From Ignavibacteriales bacterium (GTDB taxonomy: Bacteria > Bacillota > Clostridia > Acetivibrionales > UBA4821): DNA of 64,000 bases. Below are positions 54,544-64,000 of the stretch, piece by piece; within the stretch, counting starts at the first letter, position 1; every line of letters begins with the position of its first letter. The stretch covers positions 131,207 through 195,206 of the forward strand of contig JBLNBO010000022.1 of NCBI GenBank assembly GCA_050260055.1, given 5' to 3'. The notes below the pieces were generated by a model, which was not told the origin of the DNA, made no database searches, and worked only from the letters and a program-made list of their open reading frames with translations. The position numbers were made by a program, and so were the translations under genes.

Positions 54544-55203
54544 ATGACAACAAAGATAATATTTGTAAGACATGGAGAAGCTGAAGGAAACTTTGAGAGA
54601 ATATTCCATGGACAAACAGATTCAAAGCTGACAGAGAAAGGTCACAGCCAAGCCAAAAAAGCAGCAGAAAAATTAAAGAATGAAGATATAGATGTTATCT
54701 ATTCAAGTCCGCTTAAAAGAGCATATGAAACTGCAGAATACATTGCCAAAGAAAAAAACATTAATAACATTATAGCTGATGATGGGTTAATGGAGATTTA
54801 TGGCGGAGAGTGGGAAAATGTAAGATGGGACGATTTACCCCAGATTTGGCCTGAAGAATATGAAAATTGGGAGAATCGCCCGCATTTGCACTGCATGCCT
54901 GCCGGAGAAAGCATGAAACAGGCGTATGACAGGATTGTATATACTGTAAGCAGAATTGCGAATGAGAATAAAGGCAAAAACATATGCATTGTAACACATG
55001 GAACAGTATTGCGGGCTCTTATGTGTTATATTTATAGAAAACCTTTTGAGGATTTGATAACCGTATCATGGTATGACAATACAGCAATTACCATAGTAGA
55101 GTTTATCAATAACAGTTTTAAGGTTATTCTTGAAGGTGACAATTCTCATTTGGGGGACCAACTAAGTACTTTTGCAACTCAGGATTGGTGGAAAGAAAAA
55201 TAA
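54544..55203 (+). CDS. Histidine phosphatase family (phosphoglycerate-mutase-like) protein
   Basis: IIFVRHGEAEGN catalytic RHG motif and a downstream TH(G) motif. Confidence 0.85.
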   Translation: MTTKIIFVRHGEAEGNFERIFHGQTDSKLTEKGHSQAKKAAEKLKNEDIDVIYSSPLKRAYETAEYIAKEKNINNIIADDGLMEIYGGEWENVRWDDLPQIWPEEYENWENRPHLHCMPAGESMKQAYDRIVYTVSRIANENKGKNICIVTHGTVLRALMCYIYRKPFEDLITVSWYDNTAITIVEFINNSFKVILEGDNSHLGDQLSTFATQDWWKEK

Positions 55204-55211
55204 ATTCTGGA

Positions 55212-55241
55212 TTGACATTGCAAAAACCAATGTAGTACAAT
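55212..55241 (+). promoter_or_regulatory. Putative sigma-A promoter of guaB
   Basis: TTGACA, 18 nt, TACAAT. Confidence 0.5.
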
Positions 55242-55323
55242 AATAAAAATCATTACACTTCAATTTAATTTCTATAATAGTTTTTTAATTTAACATAAAA
55301 ATATCTAATAGGGGGGAAAAAAG

Positions 55324-56835
55324 TTGGCAATGTTTTTGAATGAACCTTCCAGGACTTTCAGTGAATATCTATTACTACCAAACCTTACTACCAGGAAATG
55401 TACACCGGATAATATCGACTTAAAGACTCCAATTGTAAAATATAAAAAAGGTAAAGAAGAACCTGGGTTCAAGATTAATATTCCTATCTGCTCAGCTGTT
55501 ATGCAATCAGTTTCAGACCACAATATGGCAATAGCATTGGCAAGATGTGGGGGAGTTTCATTTATCTTTGGCTCTCAAGGAATTGAAACTCAAGCGGAAA
55601 TGGTAACCAAAGTAAAAAAATACAAGGCCGGGTTTGTTGTAAGTGATGCAAATCTTAAGCCTGAAGATACTCTTGCAGATGTTATAAGGCTTAAAAATAA
55701 ATCAGGTCATTCAACCATGCCTGTAACTGAGAATGGTACGCCAAAGGGAAAACTGCTTGGAATAGTAACAAGCAGGGATTACCGTTTGAGCAGGACGCCA
55801 ATGGATGCTAAGGTTAAGGATTTTATGACTCCATTTTCTGAATTGATATATGGAACTAATGATATCAGCCTTAGTGAAGCTAATGATATGATTTGGGAGC
55901 ATAAACTTAACTGCATGCCTATTATAGATAAGAATCAGAACTTAAAATATCTTGTATTTAGGAAGGACTATAATGAGCATAAAGAGAACCCAGACGAACT
56001 GCTTGACAAAAATAAAAGATTGGTCGCAGGTGCAGGAATTAACAGCAGGGACTATAAAGAAAGAGTACCAGAGTTGGTGAAAGCGGGAGTAGATATTCTC
56101 TGTATTGATTCTTCTGATGGATTTTCTGAATGGCAGGCTGAGACAATTGAATACATCAAAAAGGAATATAATGAGCAAGTAAAAGTTGGTGCTGGAAATG
56201 TAGTCGATAAAGAAGGTTTCCTTTATCTTGCCGAAGCAGGAGCAGATTTTGTTAAGGTAGGAATAGGCGGAGGTTCTATTTGTATAACCAGAGAACAGAA
56301 AGGTATAGGGAGAGGCCAGGCAACATCAGTAATAGAGGTTGCGGCAGCAAGAGATGAATATTTTAAGAAAACCGGAGTATATGTTCCGATTTGTTCAGAT
56401 GGCGGTATCGTACATGATTATCATATGACCCTTGCACTTGCCATGGGCGCAGACTTTGTTATGCTTGGCCGTTATTTTGCAAGATTTGATGAAAGCCCTA
56501 CAAGAAAAATTAAGATTGGTGGTAACTTCGTAAAGGAATACTGGGGAGAAGGTTCGAATAGGGCACGAAATTGGCAGAGATATGATACTGGAGGAGAAGC
56601 ACATGATATGACCTTTGAAGAGGGAGTAGACAGCTATGTACCATATGCAGGAAAGCTCAAGGATAATGTAGAGGTGACAGTAAGTAAGATAAAATCAACA
56701 ATGAGCAACTGCGGTTCCAGAACAATAGAAGAGCTTCATCAAAATGCAAGGCTTACGCTTGTTTCGGCAACCAGCCTGACTGAAGGCGGAGCACATGATG
56801 TAATATTAAAGGAAAAGAATGTTTACAGCGAATAG
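55324..56835 (+). CDS. guaB: IMP dehydrogenase (503-aa form, closely resembling the Tritrichomonas foetus-type enzyme)
   Basis: [18 protein letters not shown]..., CBS pair, catalytic loop [23 protein letters not shown], and [12 protein letters not shown]. Near-colinear with the T. foetus IMPDH sequence as I remember it. Start at TTG 55324 or ATG 55330. Confidence 0.9.
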   Translation: MAMFLNEPSRTFSEYLLLPNLTTRKCTPDNIDLKTPIVKYKKGKEEPGFKINIPICSAVMQSVSDHNMAIALARCGGVSFIFGSQGIETQAEMVTKVKKYKAGFVVSDANLKPEDTLADVIRLKNKSGHSTMPVTENGTPKGKLLGIVTSRDYRLSRTPMDAKVKDFMTPFSELIYGTNDISLSEANDMIWEHKLNCMPIIDKNQNLKYLVFRKDYNEHKENPDELLDKNKRLVAGAGINSRDYKERVPELVKAGVDILCIDSSDGFSEWQAETIEYIKKEYNEQVKVGAGNVVDKEGFLYLAEAGADFVKVGIGGGSICITREQKGIGRGQATSVIEVAAARDEYFKKTGVYVPICSDGGIVHDYHMTLALAMGADFVMLGRYFARFDESPTRKIKIGGNFVKEYWGEGSNRARNWQRYDTGGEAHDMTFEEGVDSYVPYAGKLKDNVEVTVSKIKSTMSNCGSRTIEELHQNARLTLVSATSLTEGGAHDVILKEKNVYSE

Positions 56836-56856
56836 AACCAGCTTATGTGAATAAAT

Positions 56857-56888
56857 GAAGAGAACCAAGAAATTGGTTCTCTTTTTCG
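56857..56888. terminator. Bidirectional terminator between convergent guaB and the CinA-like gene
   Basis: AGAGAACCAA-GAAA-TTGGTTCTCT followed by TTTT. Confidence 0.8.
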
Positions 56889-56890
56889 TT

Positions 56891-57457
56891 CTAAAATGAA
56901 TGCTCATTTACAGACTTCTGATCCGGCATTTTTGAAAAGTTTTGAGTTTTTCCTTCAAGCTGTCGAACAACATTATATAAAATAATATCCTTTTGGTCTT
57001 TTCTCTGCAAAGGTTGCCCCTTGTCATCTTTAATAGGGACCGATGCTGTTTTCTCAATGTATTCATTGGGCATTGAAATACAGAAGAATACACGCCCGGG
57101 CATACTGCTTTCTTGATTTTGAGGATCAACATTTGAAAAATTGCCTGTAATCCCTATTGAAATATCTGCACCGCTTTCTTTTTTACATGCATCTGCCATA
57201 GCTTTTGCACATTCAGCACTATATACTGAATATTTTTGTATTATTTCACTTGGGACTCCTCTTCTAATTTTTTCTTCATTGGAGTATGTAACATAACCTG
57301 CTTTTGCTACACTCGAAGCGCCTTCTATGTTGGTCAGGGAATTCATGAATCCTCCGCCGGTGCAGCTTTCCATTGCTGATATTGTAAGTCCTTTTTCGGA
57401 AAGAAATGTGACTAGTTTTTTAAATTTAATCTCATTCATTTGGCTGTATGATGACAT
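56891..57457 (-). CDS. CinA C-terminal-domain protein (nicotinamide-nucleotide amidohydrolase PncC-like)
   Basis: LTISAMESCTGGGF...AKAGYVTYSNEEK is typical of the CinA/PncC domain. Confidence 0.75.
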   Translation of the reverse strand: MSSYSQMNEIKFKKLVTFLSEKGLTISAMESCTGGGFMNSLTNIEGASSVAKAGYVTYSNEEKIRRGVPSEIIQKYSVYSAECAKAMADACKKESGADISIGITGNFSNVDPQNQESSMPGRVFFCISMPNEYIEKTASVPIKDDKGQPLQRKDQKDIILYNVVRQLEGKTQNFSKMPDQKSVNEHSF

Positions 57458-57561
57458 TGTTTACCTCCAATAATTTATTACATAAATAAATTATATCAGA
57501 TTTTAAGAATATTTTGGCTATTTATAAAAGCATCATAGAGAATCCCATAGATTATTGAAGA

Positions 57562-57590
57562 TTGAATATCAAGCAATTTTGTGATAAAAT
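57562..57590 (+). promoter_or_regulatory. Putative sigma-A promoter with a long leader
   Basis: TTGAAT, 17 nt, TG-A-TAAAAT. It lies about 145 nt upstream of the small membrane ORF. Confidence 0.4.
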
Positions 57591-57738
57591 AGTAATAATA
57601 CTATACAACTAAATATTATAAATTGAAAGGAATTTTTCCCGAAAAAGATTATCAACTAAACAAACAGCTCTTTTGGCTGCTGAGGATATATTTTTGTAAA
57701 TACAGGAAGTTTTAAAATTATGTTAGGAGGTTGAAAAT

Positions 57739-57960
57739 ATGCACGGAAGTTACGTTGCGAATTTCTTTTTTACTGTTGCATTGATTCTTCTCGGATTGGG
57801 AGCAGCAAAATTTTTCTATGAAACCCAGGATGCTGAGACAGCGGTAATTTTCTTCATCGTTTTTGCAGCAATTGCATGGGCAGTTATATATGGGCATTGG
57901 CTCATACTAATTATCGGCGTGATTGCTGTCATCGTAATCTTTTTATGGACCACACGCTAA
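57739..57960 (+). CDS. Hypothetical small membrane protein (2-3 TM)
   Basis: AGGAGG RBS, hydrophobic 73-aa product, followed by a terminator. Confidence 0.5.
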   Translation: MHGSYVANFFFTVALILLGLGAAKFFYETQDAETAVIFFIVFAAIAWAVIYGHWLILIIGVIAVIVIFLWTTR

Positions 57961-57964
57961 ATAC

Positions 57965-57993
57965 AAAAAGACCACCAAAAGGTGGTTTTTTTG
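57965..57993. terminator. Rho-independent terminator
   Basis: AAAAAGACCACC-AAAA-GGTGGTTTTTTT. Confidence 0.8.
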
Positions 57994-58014
57994 TTCTCTT
58001 TATCCGCTTTTTGA

Positions 58015-58329
58015 TTATACCAGCTTTCTATAGATTTTACCCTCCATTTCTTTAGGAGTAATCTTTTTGAAATTGTGGAATTCCCACATAGATAACTGGT
58101 TGCAGGATAGATATACTTTTTCGGAATCGGAATTTTGTCCGACAACAAATAAACGCGGCCATAAGGTATTCAAGCAGCCATATTGGTCAAATGCAGCATA
58201 AAGGTTGGTTAATTCGAAATCTTTAATTTGTTTGAAATCACCTGTGAAGACAACCTGAGCTTCAGCATCATGCAGCTGCTGAACGGTAGCCTCACTAAAG
58301 GGCAATGTTCTAATTTCATCCTTTTCCAT
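58015..58329 (-). CDS. Hypothetical 104-aa protein
   Basis: ORF with no motif I recognise. Confidence 0.4.
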   Translation of the reverse strand: MEKDEIRTLPFSEATVQQLHDAEAQVVFTGDFKQIKDFELTNLYAAFDQYGCLNTLWPRLFVVGQNSDSEKVYLSCNQLSMWEFHNFKKITPKEMEGKIYRKLV

Positions 58330-58471
58330 TCTACTTTCATCCTTTCTTTTTTCCTATTCTTCTTAATAAAGAGGAACAAAGATAACAAAATTCTTGCAGA
58401 CAGGTGTATGCAAAACATATTAAAATAATAGGTATTTGAAAGTATTATATTATCTAATCATTTTCTTTTCA

Positions 58472-58521
58472 ATAAATAAAACAAGAACACCTTTATAGCC
58501 AAGTTCAAAGGTATTCTTGTT
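58472..58521 (-). terminator. Terminator of the efflux operon
   Basis: AACAAGAACACCTTT-12 nt-AAAGGTATTCTTGTT. The single mismatch becomes a G-U pair only on the minus-strand RNA. A T-rich tract follows on the minus strand. Confidence 0.7.
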
Positions 58522-58547
58522 CATATAGGATATAAATCTTTTTAAAA

Positions 58548-59909
58548 TTAATATATAAATATACCGCAATCGTTATTGTATTTTGCTTTAGCCATATTAT
58601 AAGAATATAGAATTTCTATTGTTTTTTCCTCAATCTCAGATAGCTTTTCTTCGGCGGCTAATGATTCCACAATAGTGCCTGAAGAGCTTTCTATCTGCAA
58701 AGTTTTCATAAGCTGATTATTTACTTTAAGACCGGTTTTATATCTGGTATTTGCAATTTCAACGCCTTCAGAAGCTTTCGAAACCATCTCCTTTGAGGCC
58801 TTAAGCATTGATGAAACTGCATTAAGAGTTTCGAAAGATTGACGGATTGAACTTTCTACATTCAATTTTGTCTGCTGGAGATTTAAAATTGCTTTTTCTT
58901 CTAATAATTTAGCTTCTCTGTATTTAAAGGTATAATCAAGTTCGTTTGCCTTGGTAATATTAAAATTGTCAGTATATATTAATGCTTCACCTAATGACTT
59001 TTTCATTTCAAGCCTGTTGGCAAGGCCGCTCTTAATCCCTTCCTCAAGGCTTACTGTTTTACTTTCATCGCTTAATGATTCAGTCAATTCGAGTTTGGTA
59101 TCTAAAGGAATATTCATATCCTTTTTCAGTGCGGTCAAAGCGTTGTTCAATTCGCCTATGGCCTTAGAGTATTCAATCCTTGTGCTGTCATAGTAGTTGC
59201 TTGAAAGCAGCATATCATCCTTTGCCTTCATTCCAACTGAATAAGAATTTAAAGAGAATTCATACTGGGTTTTTCCTCTTTGCATTGCTTTATTTTTGAC
59301 TTCAACAATTTTTTGCATTTTTAATACATCATAGTAGTCATTTTGTATGAGCATGGCTAATTGATTTTTATATATATCGTAAGACGCTTTTGAAACCTCA
59401 TAATTTATGCTTGCAGATGATTCCATAAGTTTTGCAGCATCTTCCGGGGTTATTGATGAGAATTCTATAGTTCCAATCTTGTCTGATATAACGCCTCCAG
59501 CTGTTGCCGAAGCAGAATCAAGCTTATCTTCACCACTGGAAATTTTCTGAGCACTTGCATCGACTTGTGCTTGAGCAGCTGCTTTTACAGCGGGGTCTGA
59601 AATAGCATTTACCTGTTCCTGAACCTGGGCTAAAGTAGTTTTGGCATGGCTGATATTGCTCCCGGCCTTTTTTAGGTCATGCCCAGCAAGTTCTGCCTGA
59701 TCGTAATAAACATTATTTAGAGCAATCTGGTTACTAACAAGCTTAAGTGGTATAGAATGCTCAATCCCTAATGCAATTGCATCTTTGATACTTATTTTCA
59801 TTATGGTGCTTTCTACAGTTTTAGCTGTATCTTCTGCATAGGATGATGATACAGGTACTATAAATAGAATGATTAAGGATAAGGTAATTGATAACTTTCG
59901 TTTTAACAT
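58548..59909 (-). CDS. TolC-family outer-membrane-efflux-protein homolog
   Basis: Signal peptide (MLKRKLSITLSLIILFIVPVSSSYA), two long coiled-coil repeat halves typical of the OEP/TolC family. ATG at 59909 after GGGGGG. Last gene of the MFP-RND-OEP operon. Confidence 0.7.
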   Translation of the reverse strand: MLKRKLSITLSLIILFIVPVSSSYAEDTAKTVESTIMKISIKDAIALGIEHSIPLKLVSNQIALNNVYYDQAELAGHDLKKAGSNISHAKTTLAQVQEQVNAISDPAVKAAAQAQVDASAQKISSGEDKLDSASATAGGVISDKIGTIEFSSITPEDAAKLMESSASINYEVSKASYDIYKNQLAMLIQNDYYDVLKMQKIVEVKNKAMQRGKTQYEFSLNSYSVGMKAKDDMLLSSNYYDSTRIEYSKAIGELNNALTALKKDMNIPLDTKLELTESLSDESKTVSLEEGIKSGLANRLEMKKSLGEALIYTDNFNITKANELDYTFKYREAKLLEEKAILNLQQTKLNVESSIRQSFETLNAVSSMLKASKEMVSKASEGVEIANTRYKTGLKVNNQLMKTLQIESSSGTIVESLAAEEKLSEIEEKTIEILYSYNMAKAKYNNDCGIFIY

Positions 59910-59970
59910 TATTAAACCCCCCAGAGTACATTTATAATTGAAATTTGATGATTCCACAATACATTCATCC

Positions 59971-62900
59971 TCAACACTTCCTTTTTTCAATACCAGATTC
60001 AATCACGTAATACACGACAGGTATTACAACCATTGTAAAGAAGGTTGAAAAAGTCAATCCTGACATCAGTGAAACTGCCATAGGAGAGAATAGGTTGTTT
60101 CCCGAAACAGCAAGAGGAATCAATGCAACTATTACTGTCAGAGCAGTCAGGATAACTGCATTATACCTTTTGTCGACAGATTGTATACAAGCATCATAAA
60201 GAGGTATGCCTTCTTTTCTTGCCGCGTTAATAAAGTCTATTAAAAGGATACCGTTCTTTACAACAAGCCCGATAAGAGCAATTATTCCGAGAAAAGCAGT
60301 AAGCGAAAGCGGCTGCCTGAAAATATACAACCCAAGTGTAGAACCAATAAGAGATAATAGTATAGAAACCATTATTACAAGAGGCTGTGTAAAGGAATTA
60401 AACTGTAATAGGAGCATAATATATATCATAAATGCTGCAAAAACTGCCAGCAGGCCTACAATACTAAAATAGCTCTTGATTTCCTCCCTTTCGCCAGCCA
60501 ATGTAATTTTTGTACCTGAAGAGTCTAGCTTAGGTAAAATATTAGCCTCTATATAATTCTCAATACTTGCAGCATTTGAACCTGGGGCAGGGTCAGCCAT
60601 TACGGTTATTGTCTGATCCTTATTATAGGTTTTTATGGTGTCCAGTTTTGAGTTATAACTGACTAAAGCAAACTCTTTCAAAGGTATTTTTTTGCCTGTA
60701 ATAGATGACTTGATTTTAAAATTTTCAAGCATTGATACATCTTTAATATCGCTTTTTACTAAAATCGAATACTCTTTGCTATCTTTGCGGTAAACACTTG
60801 GTTTACTACCATATAGAGCAATATTGATTTGCGCTTGAACATCATATTTACTAATACCAAGACTGCTTGCTTTGTCCTCATCTATATCCACTTTGAGCTC
60901 AAGCGTTTCATCACTACAATCATCACGGACGTTAGTAACAGTGTCCATTTTTGACATTTCTTTTTCCAAAACCAAAGCAACATTTTTAATATTATCTCTA
61001 TTTTTCCCAGATACCCTAATTATTACTTTTGCATCAACTGGCTTTGCATATTCCAGGAGTCTTACTCTAAACGTTGCTTCAGAAAAGTTGTCATCCAATA
61101 GTTTTTGCAGATAATTTGCTAATTCGGTATTAGACTTAAATCTCTTTGATTTTAAATTGAACTGGCATGCAATTTGAGCATAATTACTTGATGGCGAAGC
61201 AATGGGCATTGTAACATAGAATTTAGGGATATCCTTGCCAACAGATTCTAGACAGCTTTCAATTTCAGGAACTGATTTTAAAATTTTTGACGCTTTATCT
61301 GCGATATTTTCAGTTGAATTAATGTCAAATTTTTCAGAAGTCATATCTATGTATAAAATGTTTGAGGTGACATAAGGGAAAAACTGCAGCGGAATATGTG
61401 GGATTACTACTTTTATTGCGATAAGGAGTGCTGCAAATGTACAAACAATGGTGGCTTTTCTAAATCTCAGGCATAATCTCAGCATATCTTGAAAGAATTT
61501 TCTTGCTATGCTTCTTTTGTTATGTTTTTCGTTTGATTTTTTAAAGAATAAGGCTGAAAACGCAGGAGTAATAAACATTGCAGTAAAATAAGATGCAATT
61601 ATTGAAGTTATAATAACCAGCGGAATAGCACGCATGAATCGTCCTGCCGGGCCATCCATAAACAAGAAAGGGCAAAACGATAGGATTATTGAAATTGTTG
61701 CTGTGAGTATAGGGATTATACAGCGCTGGGCGCCTAAATATGCGGCTTTGACTCTATCCTCACCTTGATTTATTCTTACTTGAATTGAATCAGCAACCAC
61801 AATTGCATCATCAACCAAAATTCCAAGCGAAATTATTAACCCAACTAAAGATACTTGGTGTATCTGTATTCCTGTAATATACATAACAATAAAGGTAGAA
61901 AGTATTGAAAGCGGTATTGCCGTAGAAGCGATTACGGCATTTCTTGCTCCCATTCCGAGAAATACCACAACTATTACAAGGATGATACCAATAACCAAGT
62001 GAAGCATAAATTCATTTGTTTTATTGCTGACATCATCTGGTTGATAAACTACTTCCTTTATTATTAAATCACTTGGAAGGTTGCCTTTGACCAAATTAAT
62101 TTCTTTTCTAACTTGATTCCCTACTAAAATAATATTTTTGTTTTTCTCAAAATAACCAACAAGAATTACTGCGTTTTTTCCATCTTGTTTGAATTTTTGA
62201 GCATCATCCTCGATTCCCATATGGATATCAGCAATATCTTTTAAGGTTAATGTTTGTCCGGTTTTTTCAGAGACTGCAATGATTGTGTTTTTTATATCAT
62301 TAGTTGATGTAAATGTTCCAGGTGTATTGACTGTAATTTTATTTCCATTATATTTTATACTTCCGGATGGAATCTGAATATTTTGCGCTTTTAGCAGTCT
62401 GCATATTTCATCTAGAGAAAGACCGATTTGATTAAGTTTTTCGGAATCAATGGTTATTTTTACTTGATTATCAAGTTTTCCTTTTAAGGATACTTTTGTA
62501 ATACCATTGATGTTTTCTAATTTATCTTTAAAGAGTTCTCCGAACGAAGACAGCTGTTCATAAGAGTAATTTTCACCCGAAAGACTAATTATTATGCCGG
62601 TAGCTTCTGAAAGATCGGTTATCAACTGGCTTGGCAAGCAGCCTTCAGGCAGTTCGGATTTAGCATCTGCAACAGCGTTCCTTACAGCCTGGATAGATTT
62701 ATCATAATCTGCTGAGTTTTCGAAGAAGATAACGACAACAGAAAGACTCTCTTTAGATGTTCCGGAACAATAATCATAACCATCAAGAGAGACTAATTTA
62801 TCCTCAATTTTTTTTGTAACCAAATCTTTTACATCATTTGGTGATGCTCCTGGATATGGAGTAACAATCATTGCAATTGGAGGGGAGAGCTCCGGACTTT

Positions 62901-63009
62901 GCTGTCTTGGAAGCATATAATATGTATATAAACCTATCAAACAGACCACTAAGGCCAGAAACAGGGTCGTTTTTCTTATTTCAACCAACTTTTTAATCAA
63001 CCATTTCAT
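59971..63009 (-). CDS. RND-superfamily efflux transporter permease (AcrB/HAE-type)
   Basis: About 1010 aa, 12 TM segments with two large extracytoplasmic loops. ATG at 63009 after GGAGG. Confidence 0.9.
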   Translation of the reverse strand: MKWLIKKLVEIRKTTLFLALVVCLIGLYTYYMLPRQQSPELSPPIAMIVTPYPGASPNDVKDLVTKKIEDKLVSLDGYDYCSGTSKESLSVVVIFFENSADYDKSIQAVRNAVADAKSELPEGCLPSQLITDLSEATGIIISLSGENYSYEQLSSFGELFKDKLENINGITKVSLKGKLDNQVKITIDSEKLNQIGLSLDEICRLLKAQNIQIPSGSIKYNGNKITVNTPGTFTSTNDIKNTIIAVSEKTGQTLTLKDIADIHMGIEDDAQKFKQDGKNAVILVGYFEKNKNIILVGNQVRKEINLVKGNLPSDLIIKEVVYQPDDVSNKTNEFMLHLVIGIILVIVVVFLGMGARNAVIASTAIPLSILSTFIVMYITGIQIHQVSLVGLIISLGILVDDAIVVADSIQVRINQGEDRVKAAYLGAQRCIIPILTATISIILSFCPFLFMDGPAGRFMRAIPLVIITSIIASYFTAMFITPAFSALFFKKSNEKHNKRSIARKFFQDMLRLCLRFRKATIVCTFAALLIAIKVVIPHIPLQFFPYVTSNILYIDMTSEKFDINSTENIADKASKILKSVPEIESCLESVGKDIPKFYVTMPIASPSSNYAQIACQFNLKSKRFKSNTELANYLQKLLDDNFSEATFRVRLLEYAKPVDAKVIIRVSGKNRDNIKNVALVLEKEMSKMDTVTNVRDDCSDETLELKVDIDEDKASSLGISKYDVQAQINIALYGSKPSVYRKDSKEYSILVKSDIKDVSMLENFKIKSSITGKKIPLKEFALVSYNSKLDTIKTYNKDQTITVMADPAPGSNAASIENYIEANILPKLDSSGTKITLAGEREEIKSYFSIVGLLAVFAAFMIYIMLLLQFNSFTQPLVIMVSILLSLIGSTLGLYIFRQPLSLTAFLGIIALIGLVVKNGILLIDFINAARKEGIPLYDACIQSVDKRYNAVILTALTVIVALIPLAVSGNNLFSPMAVSLMSGLTFSTFFTMVVIPVVYYVIESGIEKRKC

Positions 63010-63098
63010 ATTTGAGGCCTCCAACAAAAAAATAGTAATGATTTTTTAGATTTTTTAAAGTATGTCTTTGCGAAAGATAGTAAGGTAATCTATAGTAA

Positions 63099-64000
63099 TT
63101 ATTTATAAGTGCTAGAAAGTACCTTTACCTTTGAACCATCATCTAAATTTTTCATTCCACTTACTGCAAGAAGTTCTCCTGGGTTCAAACCGGTTACTAG
63201 AACAAGGTCATTATCTATTTTTTCTATTTCAATTGTTTTCTTAAAAGCTATATTATCTCTGACTATATAAACGTAGTACTCTCCATCTGAGAATACAGCT
63301 GTCATTGGAATCCAAATACCTGATTGTTTACCTGTATCAATACTTACTTTTGCGATAGAGCCTAATCTGAAATTGGATTTTTCAACTTTTATCTCAGCTG
63401 TGTATGTGCGTGTTGTTGAATCAGGAGCTTCTGCAATGTTTGTAACAGTGCCATAAGCCTTTTCACCATCAATGTCAACTTTAGCTTTTGAGCAAAGTGT
63501 TATGTATTTAAGTTCACTTTGAGGAATCCCAATATTTATTATCTGTTCCTCGCTTCTAATAATGACTACCGGCATAAAAGCGCCGACACGTTCAGTTTCA
63601 TCAAAGGTAGTACTGACAACTATACCATCATTTTCTGCATAGATTACTGCATTATTAAGAAGCTCCAATTTGTATTCATAATCGGTTTTTGCGGCTTGGT
63701 ATTGAGATTTTGCTTGCGCAAGCTCAGACTCGGATACGCTTTTTTGTAAAACCGCCTGCTCGTAGTCATTCTTTGAGATGGAATTCTTTGAATACAACGA
63801 ATCCACTTTTTCAAACAAGCTTTTAGCGTAATTTAGAGCATACGAGGCTTTGTTAATATTTTTCTCGGCGGTATCCATAAGCGATTTCGCAGCATTTAAT
63901 TGAAATTTCAAATCATCCTTATAAAGTTCTGCAAGCTTATCTCCCGCATGAACCGTATCACCTTTTTTTACATAGATTTTGTTAATTTGGCCGGGTGTTT
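63099..64000 (-). CDS. RND efflux periplasmic adaptor (MFP/HlyD family), N-terminus outside window
   Basis: The frame stays open to base 64000. Upstream of the internal TTG it reads ...TPGQINKIYVKKGDTVHAGDKLAELY, a biotinyl-lipoyl-like MFP motif. Coiled-coil and beta-barrel regions follow. Confidence 0.85.
   Translation of the reverse strand, partial: TPGQINKIYVKKGDTVHAGDKLAELYKDDLKFQLNAAKSLMDTAEKNINKASYALNYAKSLFEKVDSLYSKNSISKNDYEQAVLQKSVSESELAQAKSQYQAAKTDYEYKLELLNNAVIYAENDGIVVSTTFDETERVGAFMPVVIIRSEEQIINIGIPQSELKYITLCSKAKVDIDGEKAYGTVTNIAEAPDSTTRTYTAEIKVEKSNFRLGSIAKVSIDTGKQSGIWIPMTAVFSDGEYYVYIVRDNIAFKKTIEIEKIDNDLVLVTGLNPGELLAVSGMKNLDDGSKVKVLSSTYK

Noticed and set aside
55242-55323. Possible purine/guanine riboswitch upstream of guaB
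   Set aside because: The leader is only about 80 nt, extremely AT-rich, and lacks the conserved junction sequences of the purine aptamer.

Overview
AT-rich Firmicutes/Clostridia-type chromosomal segment, almost entirely core genome. It opens in the tail of the ribosomal-protein superoperon (secY-adk-map-KOW-infA-rpmJ-rpsM-rpsK-rpsD-rpoA-rplQ-truA). It then runs through: a small accessory stretch (lipoprotein, zinc-finger protein, DUF421/DUF4363 pair, SprA-like protein); an XRE-cupin regulator with an acyl-CoA synthetase; a polysaccharide deacetylase; lysA; tRNA-Val; an ECF sigma/anti-sigma module; an EF-G2-type paralog; a 7TM-PAS-GGDEF cyclase; tRNA-Gly; a LysM/SH3 wall protein; an SSB-like protein; aroF-tyrA-aroA; a HydC-HydB-HydA (NuoE-like/NuoF-like/[FeFe]-hydrogenase) operon; a 544-aa orphan protein; moeA; spoIIP; a TPR protein; yqeG-aroE-comFB-aroK-(endonuclease-IV-like)-aroQ-pepP-DUF2225-efp; an M-box-controlled corA; an EamA transporter; a second DUF421 gene; a NitT/TauT-type ABC transporter; guaB; a CinA/PncC-like gene; and an MFP-RND-TolC efflux operon that runs off the right edge. 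I see no CRISPR array, transposase, integrase, prophage or recognisable defence island, and I could not identify a convincing new multi-gene protein system. The most unusual signals are at the sequence/RNA level. (1) Short arrays with strict 7-nt phasing (AGTNNAN after stop codons, the complementary NAACTNN before Shine-Dalgarno sites) sit in enlarged intercistronic spacers of highly expressed operons (ribosomal, hydrogenase, efp). Some pair into long hairpins, and near-identical 12-26 nt copies recur at unlinked loci. (2) HydA carries TSCSP instead of the canonical TSCCP H-cluster motif. (3) Unannotated small ORFs with good ribosome-binding sites lie between the M-box riboswitch and corA, and between hydB and hydA. 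(4) comFB and an endonuclease-IV-like gene are embedded in, and translationally coupled within, a shikimate operon. All functional calls rest on motif and synteny recognition by eye. No database search was run.
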